Numbered from the stretch's first letter, positions 1 through 10,226 are shown. The stretch: 64,000 nt of DNA from Hydrurus foetidus (GCA_900617105.1 UYFQ01000001.1:2108001-2172000); one strand, 5' to 3'. The notes: generated from the letters alone by a model not told the origin. Numbers and translations: made by a program.

Positions 1-2
1 GC

Positions 3-884
3 CAGGCCATCGGCCAAGCCAGGTATAGCGCTACGGTGGCGCGCCTGATGCAACCCGCCCCCAAACCTTTCGTTAAAAACTGGCGCGTGTACCGCAGTCG
101 CTTTATTGACCCGGTGCGCATAGCGGCTGGCGTGAAGTTTTGGCAAACCAACGCGGCTACGCTGCAGCGCGCTGAAAAAGAATACGGCGTGCCAATTGAC
201 ATCATCGTCGGCATCATTGGTGTCGAAACCATTTACGGCCGCGACACCGGCAGCTTTCGCGTGATGGACGCCATCACCACGCTGGCGTTCGACTTTCCCA
301 GCAGCCACCCGCGCGCCAAAGAACGCAGCGAGTTTTTCAAAGGCGAGGTAGAGCAATTTTTAAGCATGCAAAGCCGCCGGGGCGCCGACCCGTTTGAGCC
401 GCGCGGCAGCTTTGCAGGCGCCATGGGTATGCCGCAGTTCATGCCGTCCAGCTGGGTGAAATACGCGGTCGATTTTGATGGCGACGGCAACATCGATTTG
501 TGGAACAGCCCCGCAGATGTCATTGGCTCGGTGGCCAATTACTTCAAGGCCTTTAACTGGCAACCCGGCATGCCCACGCATTACCCGGTGAGCTTTGACA
601 AAACCAGGCTAGACATGGACGCGCTCATGGCGCCCGACATACTGCCCACCTTCAGCGTGGCCAGCTTTACCGCCAAAGGCGCAGTGCTAGACGCGGCGGG
701 CGCAGCGCACACCGGCCCGCTGGCGCTGATTGAACTGCTCAACGGCCCAGATGCGCCGCAGTACGTGGCGGGCACCGACAATTTTTACGCCATTACCCGC
801 TACAACTGGAGCAGTTACTACGCCATGTCGGTGATTGAGCTGGGGCGGGAAGTGGCGTTGAAAATGGCCGAGCGGGGGCGGTAG
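3..884 (+). CDS. mltB: Lytic murein transglycosylase B (5'-truncated by window edge)
   Basis: Motifs IIGVETIYG, GSFAGAMGMPQFMPSS, EF-hand-like DFDGDGNIDL, AITRYNWSSYYA. Confidence 0.93.
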   Translation, partial: QAIGQARYSATVARLMQPAPKPFVKNWRVYRSRFIDPVRIAAGVKFWQTNAATLQRAEKEYGVPIDIIVGIIGVETIYGRDTGSFRVMDAITTLAFDFPSSHPRAKERSEFFKGEVEQFLSMQSRRGADPFEPRGSFAGAMGMPQFMPSSWVKYAVDFDGDGNIDLWNSPADVIGSVANYFKAFNWQPGMPTHYPVSFDKTRLDMDALMAPDILPTFSVASFTAKGAVLDAAGAAHTGPLALIELLNGPDAPQYVAGTDNFYAITRYNWSSYYAMSVIELGREVALKMAERGR

Positions 885-904
885 ATGGGCAACGCATCTC
901 AGCT

Positions 905-952
905 CAGAGCCAGTAACCAATAAAAGCCGAAATCCGACAGCTATCATCAAGC
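905..952. repeat. Possible highly degenerate copy of 65-bp family A element
   Basis: gccagtaaccaataaaagc...acagctat resembles the reverse form of the family A consensus; terminal TAGC missing. Confidence 0.3.
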
Positions 953-954
953 TG

Positions 955-3900
955 ATGCAAGAAGCACCGCCCCCTGACACTGACGCAAACACCAGCGCAG
1001 CCGCCTTCATTCAGCGCTGGCAAGGCACCACCGCCAGTGAGCTGTCCACCGCACAAAGTTTTGTCACCCAGCTGTGCGCGCTGCTCGGTGTGCCCGCGCC
1101 GCACGCTACTCAAGCGCAAGACTACATGTTCGAGCGGGCCATTACTTTTGCCCACGGCGACGGCAGCAGCAGCGCTGGGCGCATTGACTGCTACAAGCAC
1201 GGCCACTTTGTACTGGAGGCCAAAAAAACGCGGCTGAACCCGAACGCAAAAGGATTCACCAAAGCCTTTGACGACGCCCTGCTGCGCGCCCGGGCGCAAG
1301 GCGAAGGCTACGCACGCGCCCTGCCCGCGATTGAAGGCCGCCCGCCGTTTGTGCTGGTGATAGACGTTGGCACTGTCATTGAGCTGTACAGCGAGTTCAC
1401 CCGCAGCGGCGCAACCTATGTGCCGTTTCCTGACCCGCGCAGCCACCGCATTGCCTTGGCCGACCTGGCCAAACCCGAAGTACGCCAACGCTTAAAACTG
1501 ATCTGGACAGACCCGCTGGCGCTCGACCCCAGCCGCCTGTCAGCCAGCACCACGCGCGAAGTAGCTGGGCAACTCGCCGAGCTGGCCAAGTCGCTGGAAC
1601 AATCTGGCCACCGCGCTGACCACGTGGCGGCGTTTTTAACCCGCAGCCTGTTCAGCATGTTCGCCGAAGACGTAGAGCTGCTGCCCAAAGGCAGTTTTTT
1701 AGAACTGCTGCAAAAACACGAAGCCAACCCGCCCGCGCTGCAAGGCATGTTGCGCGCACTGTGGATGGACATGGACCAAGGCGGCTTTAGCGCGGCCTTG
1801 TCGGCGCAAGTGCTCCGGTTCAACGGCAAGCTATTTAAAGAACCCACCAAAGACGGCTACAGCCTGCTATTAAATACGCAGCAAATAGCCCAATTAAAAC
1901 GAGCGGCGCAGGCCAACTGGCGTGAAGTAGAACCCGCTATTTTCGGCACCCTGCTAGAGCGCGCGCTAGACCCCACCGAGCGCCACGCCCTGGGCGCACA
2001 CTACACGCCGCGCGCCTACGTTGAGCGGCTGGTGCTGCCCACAGTCGTTGAGCCGCTACGCGCCGACTGGGCCAACTCCCAAGCCGCCGCTGTGCTGCTG
2101 GCCAGCGAGGCAGCAGAACTCACGGGCAAACCCGCTGATGACAAGATGCTTGAAGCCAGAGGCGAGCTAAAAAAATTCCACCACCAGCTGTGCACCCTTC
2201 GCGTGCTAGACCCCGCCTGCGGCAGCGGCAACTTTTTGTACGTCACGCTTGAACATTTAAAGCGCCTGGAAGGCGAAGTCATCAACCAGCTGGAAGCCTT
2301 TGGCGAAACCCAAAGCACGCTGGGGCTTGAAGGCGAAACCGTTACCCCCCAGCAACTGCTGGGCATAGAGCTGAACGAGCGCGCCGCCGCCCTTGCCGAG
2401 CTGGTGCTGTGGATAGGCTACTTGCAGTGGCACATCCGCACCCGCGGCAACAAAGCCGTGGCCGAGCCGGTGGTGCACGACTACGGCAATATTGAATGCC
2501 GTGATGCGGTGCTGGCTTGGGCGGATACCGATTTGGCTTACGACGCTGATGGTCAGTTGCTCAGCCGCTGGGACGGCAAAACCTTTAAGACCCATCCTGT
2601 GACTGGCGCGCTGGTGCCGGATGAAGCCGCCATGGTGCCGCAGTGGCGATACATTAGGCCCGCGCAAGCCAAGTGGCCAACGGCAGACTTCATTGTGGGA
2701 AATCCGCCGTTTATTGGGGCCAGCACGATGCGGGCGGCGCTGGGCGACGGATACGTTGAGGCGCTGCGCAAAACCTGGCCTGAAGTGCCCGAAAGCGCTG
2801 ACTTTGTGATGCACTGGTGGAGCCGCGCGGCGTTGATGGTGACCACGAACAAGACACGCCAGTTCGGCTTGATCACCACCAACAGCCTGCGGCAAACCTT
2901 CAACCGCCGCGTGGTGCAAGCCGCGTTAGACAAACGCCTGCAACTGATTTACGCCATACCCGACCACCCGTGGGTAGACAACGCCAACGGCGCTGCGGTG
3001 CGAATCGCCATGACAGTCGGAGCAAGAGCAGGTGGAGCTAAATTGGGGTCTTCGAAATGGGGGTCGGATCCCGCAGCTAAATTGGGGTCGGATCCCGAAG
3101 CGAAGCGAAGTGGCTCTGACCCCCATTTAGCTGCTGACCCCGACTTGCCAGCTATGGGCACAACATCAGCCCGCCTGCTAACCCTGCTAAGCGAAACCAC
3201 AGGCGACTTTGGCGAGGTTGATGTAACCCTTAGAGAACACAGCGGCTTCATTCATGCAGACTTGACTGTTGGCGCAAGCATAGTGTCAACAGCTTCACTT
3301 CATGCTTGCGTCGGATTGACTTTTCGGGGAGTAACTTTAATGGGGAGTGGTTTCTGGGTTGCCAAAAGCGATCCTTTAGTACGTGCTGAACCGCAGGCTG
3401 TGAAACCACTTCGAAATGGTCGCGATTTGATGGACGTCCCACGAGAAATGTATGCAATTGACTTGTTTGGACAAAGCCAACAAGACGCACGAAAAGATTT
3501 TCCGCTGTCATATCAACGGGTGCTAGACGGCGTGAAGCCAGAACGGGATCAATCGCAACGTGCAGCTTATCGCGACAAGTGGTGGCTCTTCGCAGAGCCG
3601 CGCCCAGATATGCGAAGTGCACTGGCTGGCCTCAATCGATATATTGCAACTTCTATGACTGCGAAGCATCGTGTTTTTCAGTTTTTGCCAACGGAAATAT
3701 TGTCAGATCAGGGACTGATTGCAATGGCAATTCAGGACGCTTTTTACCTCGGTATCCTCTCAAGTACTGTCCACTGCGCCTGGGCACTAGCGCAGGGTGG
3801 CACGTTAGAGGATCGCCCTCGTTACAACAATTCCCGCTGCTTCGAAACCTTCCCCTTCCCAGCCGAAGACACAGGCCTAAACCCTGAACTGCGCGAAGTG

Positions 3901-4602
3901 ATCTCCTCGTTAGGTGAACAAATCGACGCCCACCGCAAACGCCAGCAAGCCGCAAACCCCGGCCTGACGCTGACCGGCATGTACAACGTGCTCGAAGCCC
4001 TGAAAGCAGGCCGCGAGCTAACGGCCAAAGAAAAAACCATCCACACCCAGGGACTGGTCGGCGTGCTCAAAGAGCTGCACGACGAACTCGACGCTGCCGT
4101 ACTTACTGCCTATGGCCTTGAACCCGGCTTAAATGAACCACAAAACAAAGACGCACTGCTAAGCCACCTCGTCACCCTCAACGCCCAACGCGCGCTTGAG
4201 GAAAAAACCGGAAAAGTCCGCTGGCTGCGGCCAGAGTTTCAAAACCCGGCGCTAAAGGTGGCTGCCAATTCACTATTAAATCAGGAGCTGCTCGCGCCCA
4301 TATCTATTGGGCTACAAGCCGATTTAATGCTTGAAAATGACCCAAAAACGTCGAAAACAGGCAAAACCACAACACCAACCGCGGTGCAGGCCTGGCCAGG
4401 CACCCTGCCCGCCCAAGTCAGCGCCATCGCCCAGCTGCTGGCCAGCGCAGGCGCAGCTCTAAGCCTGAGCGACATAGAAGCCAGCTTCAAAGGCAAAGGC
4501 CCGTGGAAAAAGGGCCTGCCCCGCATTTTGGAAACGCTAGCAGCGCTAGGCCGCGCGCGGCGTGAGGGTGGCGACGCTGGCAACATATGGCGAGCCACCT
4601 GA
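955..4602 (+). CDS. MmeI-like (type IIL/IIG) fused restriction endonuclease-adenine methyltransferase
   Basis: N-terminal PD-(D/E)XK-like GRIDCYK...LEAKK; GAHYTPR; motif [13 protein letters not shown]; motif [12 protein letters not shown]-terminal specificity region ending [14 protein letters not shown]. Confidence 0.88.
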   Translation: MQEAPPPDTDANTSAAAFIQRWQGTTASELSTAQSFVTQLCALLGVPAPHATQAQDYMFERAITFAHGDGSSSAGRIDCYKHGHFVLEAKKTRLNPNAKGFTKAFDDALLRARAQGEGYARALPAIEGRPPFVLVIDVGTVIELYSEFTRSGATYVPFPDPRSHRIALADLAKPEVRQRLKLIWTDPLALDPSRLSASTTREVAGQLAELAKSLEQSGHRADHVAAFLTRSLFSMFAEDVELLPKGSFLELLQKHEANPPALQGMLRALWMDMDQGGFSAALSAQVLRFNGKLFKEPTKDGYSLLLNTQQIAQLKRAAQANWREVEPAIFGTLLERALDPTERHALGAHYTPRAYVERLVLPTVVEPLRADWANSQAAAVLLASEAAELTGKPADDKMLEARGELKKFHHQLCTLRVLDPACGSGNFLYVTLEHLKRLEGEVINQLEAFGETQSTLGLEGETVTPQQLLGIELNERAAALAELVLWIGYLQWHIRTRGNKAVAEPVVHDYGNIECRDAVLAWADTDLAYDADGQLLSRWDGKTFKTHPVTGALVPDEAAMVPQWRYIRPAQAKWPTADFIVGNPPFIGASTMRAALGDGYVEALRKTWPEVPESADFVMHWWSRAALMVTTNKTRQFGLITTNSLRQTFNRRVVQAALDKRLQLIYAIPDHPWVDNANGAAVRIAMTVGARAGGAKLGSSKWGSDPAAKLGSDPEAKRSGSDPHLAADPDLPAMGTTSARLLTLLSETTGDFGEVDVTLREHSGFIHADLTVGASIVSTASLHACVGLTFRGVTLMGSGFWVAKSDPLVRAEPQAVKPLRNGRDLMDVPREMYAIDLFGQSQQDARKDFPLSYQRVLDGVKPERDQSQRAAYRDKWWLFAEPRPDMRSALAGLNRYIATSMTAKHRVFQFLPTEILSDQGLIAMAIQDAFYLGILSSTVHCAWALAQGGTLEDRPRYNNSRCFETFPFPAEDTGLNPELREVISSLGEQIDAHRKRQQAANPGLTLTGMYNVLEALKAGRELTAKEKTIHTQGLVGVLKELHDELDAAVLTAYGLEPGLNEPQNKDALLSHLVTLNAQRALEEKTGKVRWLRPEFQNPALKVAANSLLNQELLAPISIGLQADLMLENDPKTSKTGKTTTPTAVQAWPGTLPAQVSAIAQLLASAGAALSLSDIEASFKGKGPWKKGLPRILETLAALGRARREGGDAGNIWRAT
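3036..3141. repeat. In-frame palindromic repeat cluster (family C, GGGGTCRGA / TCTGACCCC)
   Basis: Three direct aaat(t/g)ggggtc units plus inverted tctgacccccatttagctg; translated [19 protein letters not shown]...SGSDPHL. Confidence 0.85.
4272..4336 (+). repeat. Family A 65-bp element, intragenic (RM gene)
   Basis: actattaaatcaggagc tgctcgcgccc atatctatt gggc tacaagcc gattt aatgc ttgaaa. Confidence 0.92.
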
Positions 4603-4674
4603 CGCCTGACGCCTGACGCCTGACGCCTGACGCCTGACACCTGACACCTGGCGCCAAGCCCCTGACACCCAGCG
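4598..4674 (+). repeat. Heptamer tandem repeat (CCTGACG)x5 (CCTGACA)x2 plus degenerate units
   Basis: Read directly; the first unit contains the RM gene stop codon. Confidence 0.95.
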
Positions 4675-4838
4675 CCACGCCTGCCGCCCCGCCCGTTCAG
4701 GTGGTGCTACCCAGCCTGCCCTGAGTTGAGGCCAAGCTGGGCAAGAGGGTAGCAGCCAAGTTGGGCGTTGCCTTTGCCGCTGGGATTTTCCCGCCCCGGC
4801 CGCCTGATCGATTCAAAAACATCCCCATATAAATTAAT

Positions 4839-4902
4839 GCTATGTTATTAAGAGCTGCTCGCACCCATCTTTATTTGATTTGCAGCCAATTTAGCTCTGA
4901 AA
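4839..4902 (+). repeat. Family A element, intergenic
   Basis: gctatgttattaagagc tgctcgcaccc atctttatt tgat ttgcagcc aattt agctc tgaaa. Confidence 0.85.
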
Positions 4903-5076
4903 TCGCGCAAACCAGCAGACATGCCAACCGCCGCTCACCGGCACTTGCAGGTACTTGCAGGTACTTCACATCCAACAATCGCAAAAGCCCAACAAAAGTC
5001 ACGCTTTACAGGGCACAGATAAGCATGTCGTAAGCCACGCAAGCGGTTGCGCTTCTATGATGGGAGCATACGAATC

Positions 5077-7350
5077 ATGGCAACAGTCAATTACGGGCGC
5101 GTTTTATGCAGCCTGCTGCTGGCATGGACGGTATTGGGCGCGTTGACCTGGAGCGACCCGGCCCAAGCCGCCCAGCGCACTTTCGCATCGCGGTTTAGCC
5201 TGAATGCCGCTGGCGACATCACGATTGCAGCCAACGCCAATACCCACTGTGACATCAATCAAGCAGTAAACCCTGTTACCAATACCAATTGCGCAGACGC
5301 GCGAACGGGTACCGGCAATTTGACCAACAACAACCACATCATGGTAAACGTGGATGTTGATGCTGATGCCACCACGTACAACTCATCAAGAGCCAGGCTA
5401 AACCTGCCGCCTGGAGCAACAGTTGCATTTGCCGGTTTGTACTGGGCTGGGTTTTCGAACGCACTCAGCCGCAACACAGTCAGGTGGGCCACACCCAGCA
5501 GTGGCGGCGCCTACACCACGCTCACGGCAACTGTCACAGACGACAACGCAGCCACTGGAACCGGCCCTGCTTACCAAAGCTTTCTGGACGTGACCAGCCT
5601 TGTTTCATCTGCCGGTGCCGGCACGTACACAGTAGCCAACATCACTACAACCGTAGCAGTTGCCGGAAACTATGCAGGCTGGAGCCTGGTGGTTGTGTAC
5701 CGCCTGGCCACCGAGCCCACGCGCAACATGGTGGTGTACGACGGCTACCAGCGGGTTAACTCGACATCTCTTAGCGTGGACATTTCCTTGAGCGGTTTCA
5801 CCACGCCGCCGTTTGGCACAGTCACCAGCAAACTGGGTGTGGTGGCGTACGACGGGGATAAGGGCTCAACCGAGGGCGCTGCCGGGCTGCAGTTTGGCCA
5901 GTCAGCGGCCACACTTACGCCCGTATTTAACGGCTTGAACCCGCAAAACGATGTATTTAACAGCAGCATCAGTACGCTGGCATCAAACGTGGGCACGCGC
6001 GAGCCTAACTACCCCAATACGCTGGGTTTTGACGCAGATATCTTTTCACCCAACACGCAGTTGCCCAACGGCGCCACCACGGCGGTGGTGCGGGTCAGTT
6101 CCAGCAACGAAACCATCGACTTGGGCGTGGTGACACTGGCCACCACTATTTTTGTACCCAACATCAAAGACAGTTTTGTAAAAACCGTGAGTGATGTCAA
6201 CGGTGGCCTGGTGCTGCCGGGCGATGTGCTGGAATACACCATCAGCTTTGGTAATTCGGGCAACGACCCCGCGACCCGCACCGTGGTGCTGGACGACATA
6301 CCGCCCAACACCACTTATGTGCCGGGCAGCATCTTTTACTCGTCGACCAGCTCCGGTATGCCGACGGGGTCGCGCACCGACGCTATCGGCGACGACAGCG
6401 CTGAATTTGTCTTGGCCACCAACCGCATAACGGCGCGGGTAGGTCGCACCGCCACAGCTGCGCTGGGCGGGCAGCTGAATCCGGGGGACAACCAAACTGT
6501 GCGTTATCAAGTAACCGTTAACCCGCTAACACCTGGCGACACGGTGATCGACAACTTCGCCACAGTGACTTTTCGCGCACTGACAGTGGGCACAGACTTT
6601 AGCGACGTGTCGGACGCCGATTTGGCAGTGCCCGGCGACCAACCTGCCCGGGTGGTGGTGGCGTCGCCTGACCTTACCGTGGTTAAAACGCACAGCCCCA
6701 CCACGTTCGCGCAAGGTAGCGTGCTGCCGTCAACGCCGACGTTTTCTATCGTCGTCAGCAACGTCGGCGTTGCGCCCAGTTTTGGCACGGTGACTTTGGC
6801 AGACACGCTGCCCGCCGGTTTCACGGCGCTGGCCGTGTCTGGCACCGGCTGGACCTGCGTGCTGGCCACCGCTACCTGCACGCGCACAGACGTGTTGGCA
6901 GCAGGCGCCAGCTACCCCACCATTACGCTAACCGTTAGCGCGGCCAACGCCGGCACGTTTACCAACACCGTTACCGTGGCGTGCGCTTGCGAAGGCGCCC
7001 CCCGTACAGCGAACAACATTGGCACCGACACGGTGGTGGTCAATGCCGCCGCCAACCTCACCATCACCAAAACCAATGGGGTCGGCACGCTGACCGCTGG
7101 GCAAACCACCACTTACACCGTGACGGTGTCTAACGGGGGCCCGTCAGCGGCTAACAACGCACGGCTGGCCGACCCTGCCGTACCCGGCTTGGCATGCATC
7201 ACCGTTACCTGCAGCTCGTCTACGGCCACCTGCCCCGCTGGCCCGATTGCCATTGCCAGCTTGCAAAGCGGTTTGCTGATTCCTGGATTTCCGGCTAACT
7301 CGAGCTTGACCTTCGCGGTGGTGTGCGGGGTAACCGCGACGGGGCTTTAG
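5077..7350 (+). CDS. Secreted Thr-rich protein with DUF11-type Ig-like repeats (putative surface protein/adhesin)
   Basis: Signal peptide ending AQA; repeats xLTxxKT...YTxTVSNxG...T (PGDVLEYTISFGNSG, LTITKTNG...YTVTVSNGGPS). Confidence 0.75.
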   Translation: MATVNYGRVLCSLLLAWTVLGALTWSDPAQAAQRTFASRFSLNAAGDITIAANANTHCDINQAVNPVTNTNCADARTGTGNLTNNNHIMVNVDVDADATTYNSSRARLNLPPGATVAFAGLYWAGFSNALSRNTVRWATPSSGGAYTTLTATVTDDNAATGTGPAYQSFLDVTSLVSSAGAGTYTVANITTTVAVAGNYAGWSLVVVYRLATEPTRNMVVYDGYQRVNSTSLSVDISLSGFTTPPFGTVTSKLGVVAYDGDKGSTEGAAGLQFGQSAATLTPVFNGLNPQNDVFNSSISTLASNVGTREPNYPNTLGFDADIFSPNTQLPNGATTAVVRVSSSNETIDLGVVTLATTIFVPNIKDSFVKTVSDVNGGLVLPGDVLEYTISFGNSGNDPATRTVVLDDIPPNTTYVPGSIFYSSTSSGMPTGSRTDAIGDDSAEFVLATNRITARVGRTATAALGGQLNPGDNQTVRYQVTVNPLTPGDTVIDNFATVTFRALTVGTDFSDVSDADLAVPGDQPARVVVASPDLTVVKTHSPTTFAQGSVLPSTPTFSIVVSNVGVAPSFGTVTLADTLPAGFTALAVSGTGWTCVLATATCTRTDVLAAGASYPTITLTVSAANAGTFTNTVTVACACEGAPRTANNIGTDTVVVNAAANLTITKTNGVGTLTAGQTTTYTVTVSNGGPSAANNARLADPAVPGLACITVTCSSSTATCPAGPIAIASLQSGLLIPGFPANSSLTFAVVCGVTATGL

Positions 7351-7405
7351 CCTGGCAAACTGACGCGGGTGAGTCAGCCAACGCGTGATTTATCTGGCGT
7401 TGGGT

Positions 7406-7470
7406 ACTATAAAAAACGAAGCTGCTCGCGCCCGTATTTATTGGGCTACAGGCCTGTTTAATGCCTGAAA
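7406..7470 (+). repeat. Family A element, intergenic (near consensus)
   Basis: actataaaaaacgaagc tgctcgcgccc gtatttatt gggc tacaggcc tgttt aatgc ctgaaa. Confidence 0.95.
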
Positions 7471-7522
7471 GCCCGTTAAGTGACCTCTTTTGCCGGGTCT
7501 GAGGCTCAATTAGCCGGGCAGC

Positions 7523-7942
7523 TCATGCCGCGACTTCATGCCAATTGAGCCACTGCAAACCTTGCACCCTGGAGAATTCGCGAACATTGCGCGTGACCAA
7601 GATGGCTTGGTGGCGCAGCGCCGTAGCGGCAATCAACGTGTCGTTTGGCCCAATGGGTGTGCCGGCTGCCTCTAGCTCAACCCGCAGACGAGCGGCGTGG
7701 GCCGCACACTCGCTGTCGAAAGGCAACAGCTGCAGGGGCTGCAAAAGTTTGGCCAGCGCTGCCAAACGCGGGGCGGCGGCCTGGCTGGGCAAACGCAGCA
7801 GCCCATAGCGGAGCTCGCATTCCACAATCGCGGGCACGCCCAAGTCGGCGGGGCGAAGGGCTTGCAAGCGCGGCACAACCTGCAAGTCGCCGCGAAAGTA
7901 GTAGCTGATGGTGTTGCTGTCTAAAACGAGCATGGCCGCCAT
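7523..7942 (-). CDS. vapC: VapC-family PIN domain toxin
   Basis: LVLDSNTIS...ELRYG...IGPNDTLIAATAL...LVTRNVREF; start overlaps the antitoxin stop (TGATG). Confidence 0.9.
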   Translation of the reverse strand: MAAMLVLDSNTISYYFRGDLQVVPRLQALRPADLGVPAIVECELRYGLLRLPSQAAAPRLAALAKLLQPLQLLPFDSECAAHAARLRVELEAAGTPIGPNDTLIAATALRHQAILVTRNVREFSRVQGLQWLNWHEVAA

Positions 7943-8172
7943 CAAAAGCCAAGACGCTGCACGTCAGCAGGCAGCGGCTCCGCGCCGGGTTCTTGCAAGG
8001 GGAAGTCAGTAAAACTGCCGGCTAAATCCAGACAGTCTTGCGGCCATTCGTGGGCGGCGTGCTTTCGGATAATGTCTGCCACCCATCGGCTTTTTGACAA
8101 GCCATGAGCCTGCGCCGCCTGGTCGACCAGGGCCTGCGTGGCGTCATCTAAATAAAGGGTAATTTGCGACAT
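7942..8172 (-). CDS. CopG/RHH-type antitoxin
   Basis: MSQITLYLDD...GLSKSRWVADII; translationally coupled to vapC. Confidence 0.8.
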   Translation of the reverse strand: MSQITLYLDDATQALVDQAAQAHGLSKSRWVADIIRKHAAHEWPQDCLDLAGSFTDFPLQEPGAEPLPADVQRLGF

Positions 8173-8241
8173 GGCACTGCTCCTTGGGGTCGGTGCTTGC
8201 AAGTATAAAAGTGCTAAATGCAAGGCAGCCAAATTGAACAG

Positions 8242-8260
8242 AAAGTATACTTTAAAGTAT
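8242..8260. promoter_or_regulatory. Overlapping palindromes upstream of vapBC (candidate autoregulatory operator)
   Basis: aaagtatacttt (8242-8253) and atactttaaagtat (8247-8260). Confidence 0.45.
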
Positions 8261-8309
8261 GTTTATACGGTTGAACTCGTCAAAATGCCGGATCTAGTCA
8301 ACACGCCGC

Positions 8310-9128
8310 TTACACCGGCACAATGGTGATTACCACCGACATCGACTCTTGACCGCCGCCGCGCCGCACACCTTTGGCTGGCGGGCAGGCGCTGTAGTCG
8401 CCGCCCATGGCCAGGCGAATGTGGCGCTCGTCTGTCAAGCAGGCGTGGGTGACGTCAATGCTGACCCAGCGCCTAGTGGCGACGTTCAGGCACACATCTA
8501 CCCAGGCGTGGCTTGCCAAGTCGGGCTCATTGGCGGCGTAAAAATAACCGCTGACGTAGCGCGCCGGGTAGCCCAGGCTGCGGCAAATAGCCACCATGAC
8601 ATGGGCCTGGTCTTGGCACACGCCAGCGCCTGCGTGAAAAGCTTGCATGGCAGTTGTGGTCACGTTGCTGCTATTTTTTTGATAGCTGATTGCGCCCATA
8701 ACTTGTGCGCTGAGTGCCAATAAGGCTTGTAAATTAGCGGTGCCGTCGGTGCTTTGGGCGACGGCTTGTTTGCCGAATTCGGCCAGTTCAAAATGCGGCT
8801 CGGCTAGTGGCGTGCCGCGCAAATAAAAGTACGGTGCGGGTAAATGGTCGGGGTCGGTAAATTCAGGCACGCCCAGCGTTTGCACGTCGCCTGCCGCGTT
8901 GACCAGGCTCCATCGCACGTCGTCACTCGGCTGGCCCACGAAGGTGTACGACTGCACGGTGTTGCCGAAAGCATCAAGCTGCTCGTAGAGTTTTTCAGGC
9001 GCGCCGATGCTCCAGAAATTGACGATTTGGGACGCGCCGGTTTGCGGTGTGAGGTGCAGCGTTTGCAGCGCGTACGTAAGTGGTTCGGTGTAGCGGTAGT
9101 CGGTGGTGTGGGTGATGTGGAATTTCAT
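8310..9128 (-). CDS. Transglutaminase-like protein (Bact_transglu_N + transglutaminase core)
   Basis: MKFHITHTTDYRY N-terminus; catalytic triad motifs GVCQD, SHAW, IDVT. Confidence 0.9.
   Translation of the reverse strand: MKFHITHTTDYRYTEPLTYALQTLHLTPQTGASQIVNFWSIGAPEKLYEQLDAFGNTVQSYTFVGQPSDDVRWSLVNAAGDVQTLGVPEFTDPDHLPAPYFYLRGTPLAEPHFELAEFGKQAVAQSTDGTANLQALLALSAQVMGAISYQKNSSNVTTTAMQAFHAGAGVCQDQAHVMVAICRSLGYPARYVSGYFYAANEPDLASHAWVDVCLNVATRRWVSIDVTHACLTDERHIRLAMGGDYSACPPAKGVRRGGGQESMSVVITIVPV
8670..8733 (+). repeat. Family A element, intragenic (transglutaminase)
   Basis: gctatttttttgatagc tgattgcgccc ataacttgt gcgc tgagtgcc aataa ggctt gtaaa. Confidence 0.75.
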
Positions 9129-9135
9129 GTTCTTA

Positions 9136-9251
9136 CTCCCTCTCCCCCCGGGGAGAGGGCTGGGGTGAGGGCTTCCCCTGTGGCATGGATTGAAACAATT
9201 TCACAATTCGTCGAGCCCTCACCCCTGCCCTCTCCCGCACGGGAGAGGGAG
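9136..9251. repeat. Family B palindromic repeat pair (CCCTCTCCC..GGGAGAGGG..GGGGTGAGGG) in inverted orientation around a 42-bp spacer
   Basis: 9136-9172 and 9215-9251 are near reverse complements, and each is itself a hairpin. Confidence 0.92.
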
Positions 9252-9269
9252 AAACGCGCAAGACGGGGC

Positions 9270-10226
9270 TTACGTCGTTGCAGGCACCAAAAACTCGCGA
9301 CTCAAGTTACCGCCAATTTCATTGATGCGGTCTAAAAACTGCGTCAAAAACGCGTGCAGGCCATTGGCCAGAATTTCGTCGATTCGGGCGAATTGCAGTT
9401 CAGACCGCAGCTTGCCTGCCCGCCTTTGGGTCTCACTCGTGTTGTTACTGGTCACCATGGCCAGGTTGTTCATGACTTCGTTCAGGCAGCCCAGCAACGA
9501 GCGGGGCATATCGGCGCGCAGTATCAGCAGCTCGGCCACGCGCTCGGGTTTGATCACGTCGCGGTACACCTTGCGGTAAATCTCAAAGCCCGAGACGCTG
9601 CGCAAAATCGATGACCAGTGGTAGAAGTCAAAGTCCTCGTCTGTACCGCCGGGTGATAGTTCTTTGTTCGCCGCGTGAAACTTCACATCGACCAAGCGCG
9701 CGGTGTTGTCAGCGCGCTCTAAAAATGTGCCCAGGCGCAGAAAGTGAAAAGCCTCGTCTTGCAGCATGGTGCCGGCAGTGACGCCGCGCGACAGATGCGA
9801 GCGAAACTTCACCCACTCAAAAAACTGCGACGGGTCACGCTCAAAGTCGCCACTTTTCAGCATGCGAATCACTTCCAGGTGGGTTTGGTTTTCAGTCTCC
9901 CAGACCTCGGTGGTGAGCGTGCCGCGCACGGCGCGTGCGTTTTCGCGCGCGCTTTTCAAGCATGACACGATGCTGTTTGAATTTTGCTCATCACGCACCA
10001 TGAAGTCCATCACGTCGCGTGGCGCTACTTTGGCGCCGTATTTTTTAATGAAGGTCGGTTTGAGCTCGCTGATGCTGAGCAACCCTTCCCAACCGGCTTG
10101 CGCAGAGCTGGCCGATTGCGGCAACAGCGAGGTTTGGTAGTTCACGTCCAGCATGCGGGCGGTGTTTTCGGCACGCTCGGTATAGCGAGACATCCAGAAC
10201 AAATGGTCAGCGGTTCTTGACAACAT
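9270..10226 (-). CDS. Alpha-E domain protein
   Basis: MLSRTADHLFWMSRYTERAENTAR and a second ERADNTAR repeat. Confidence 0.92.
   Translation of the reverse strand: MLSRTADHLFWMSRYTERAENTARMLDVNYQTSLLPQSASSAQAGWEGLLSISELKPTFIKKYGAKVAPRDVMDFMVRDEQNSNSIVSCLKSARENARAVRGTLTTEVWETENQTHLEVIRMLKSGDFERDPSQFFEWVKFRSHLSRGVTAGTMLQDEAFHFLRLGTFLERADNTARLVDVKFHAANKELSPGGTDEDFDFYHWSSILRSVSGFEIYRKVYRDVIKPERVAELLILRADMPRSLLGCLNEVMNNLAMVTSNNTSETQRRAGKLRSELQFARIDEILANGLHAFLTQFLDRINEIGGNLSREFLVPATT

Noticed and set aside
4598..4674. Tandem repeats as a CRISPR array
   Set aside because: 7-bp units without spacers; no cas genes; the family A copies are dispersed rather than arrayed
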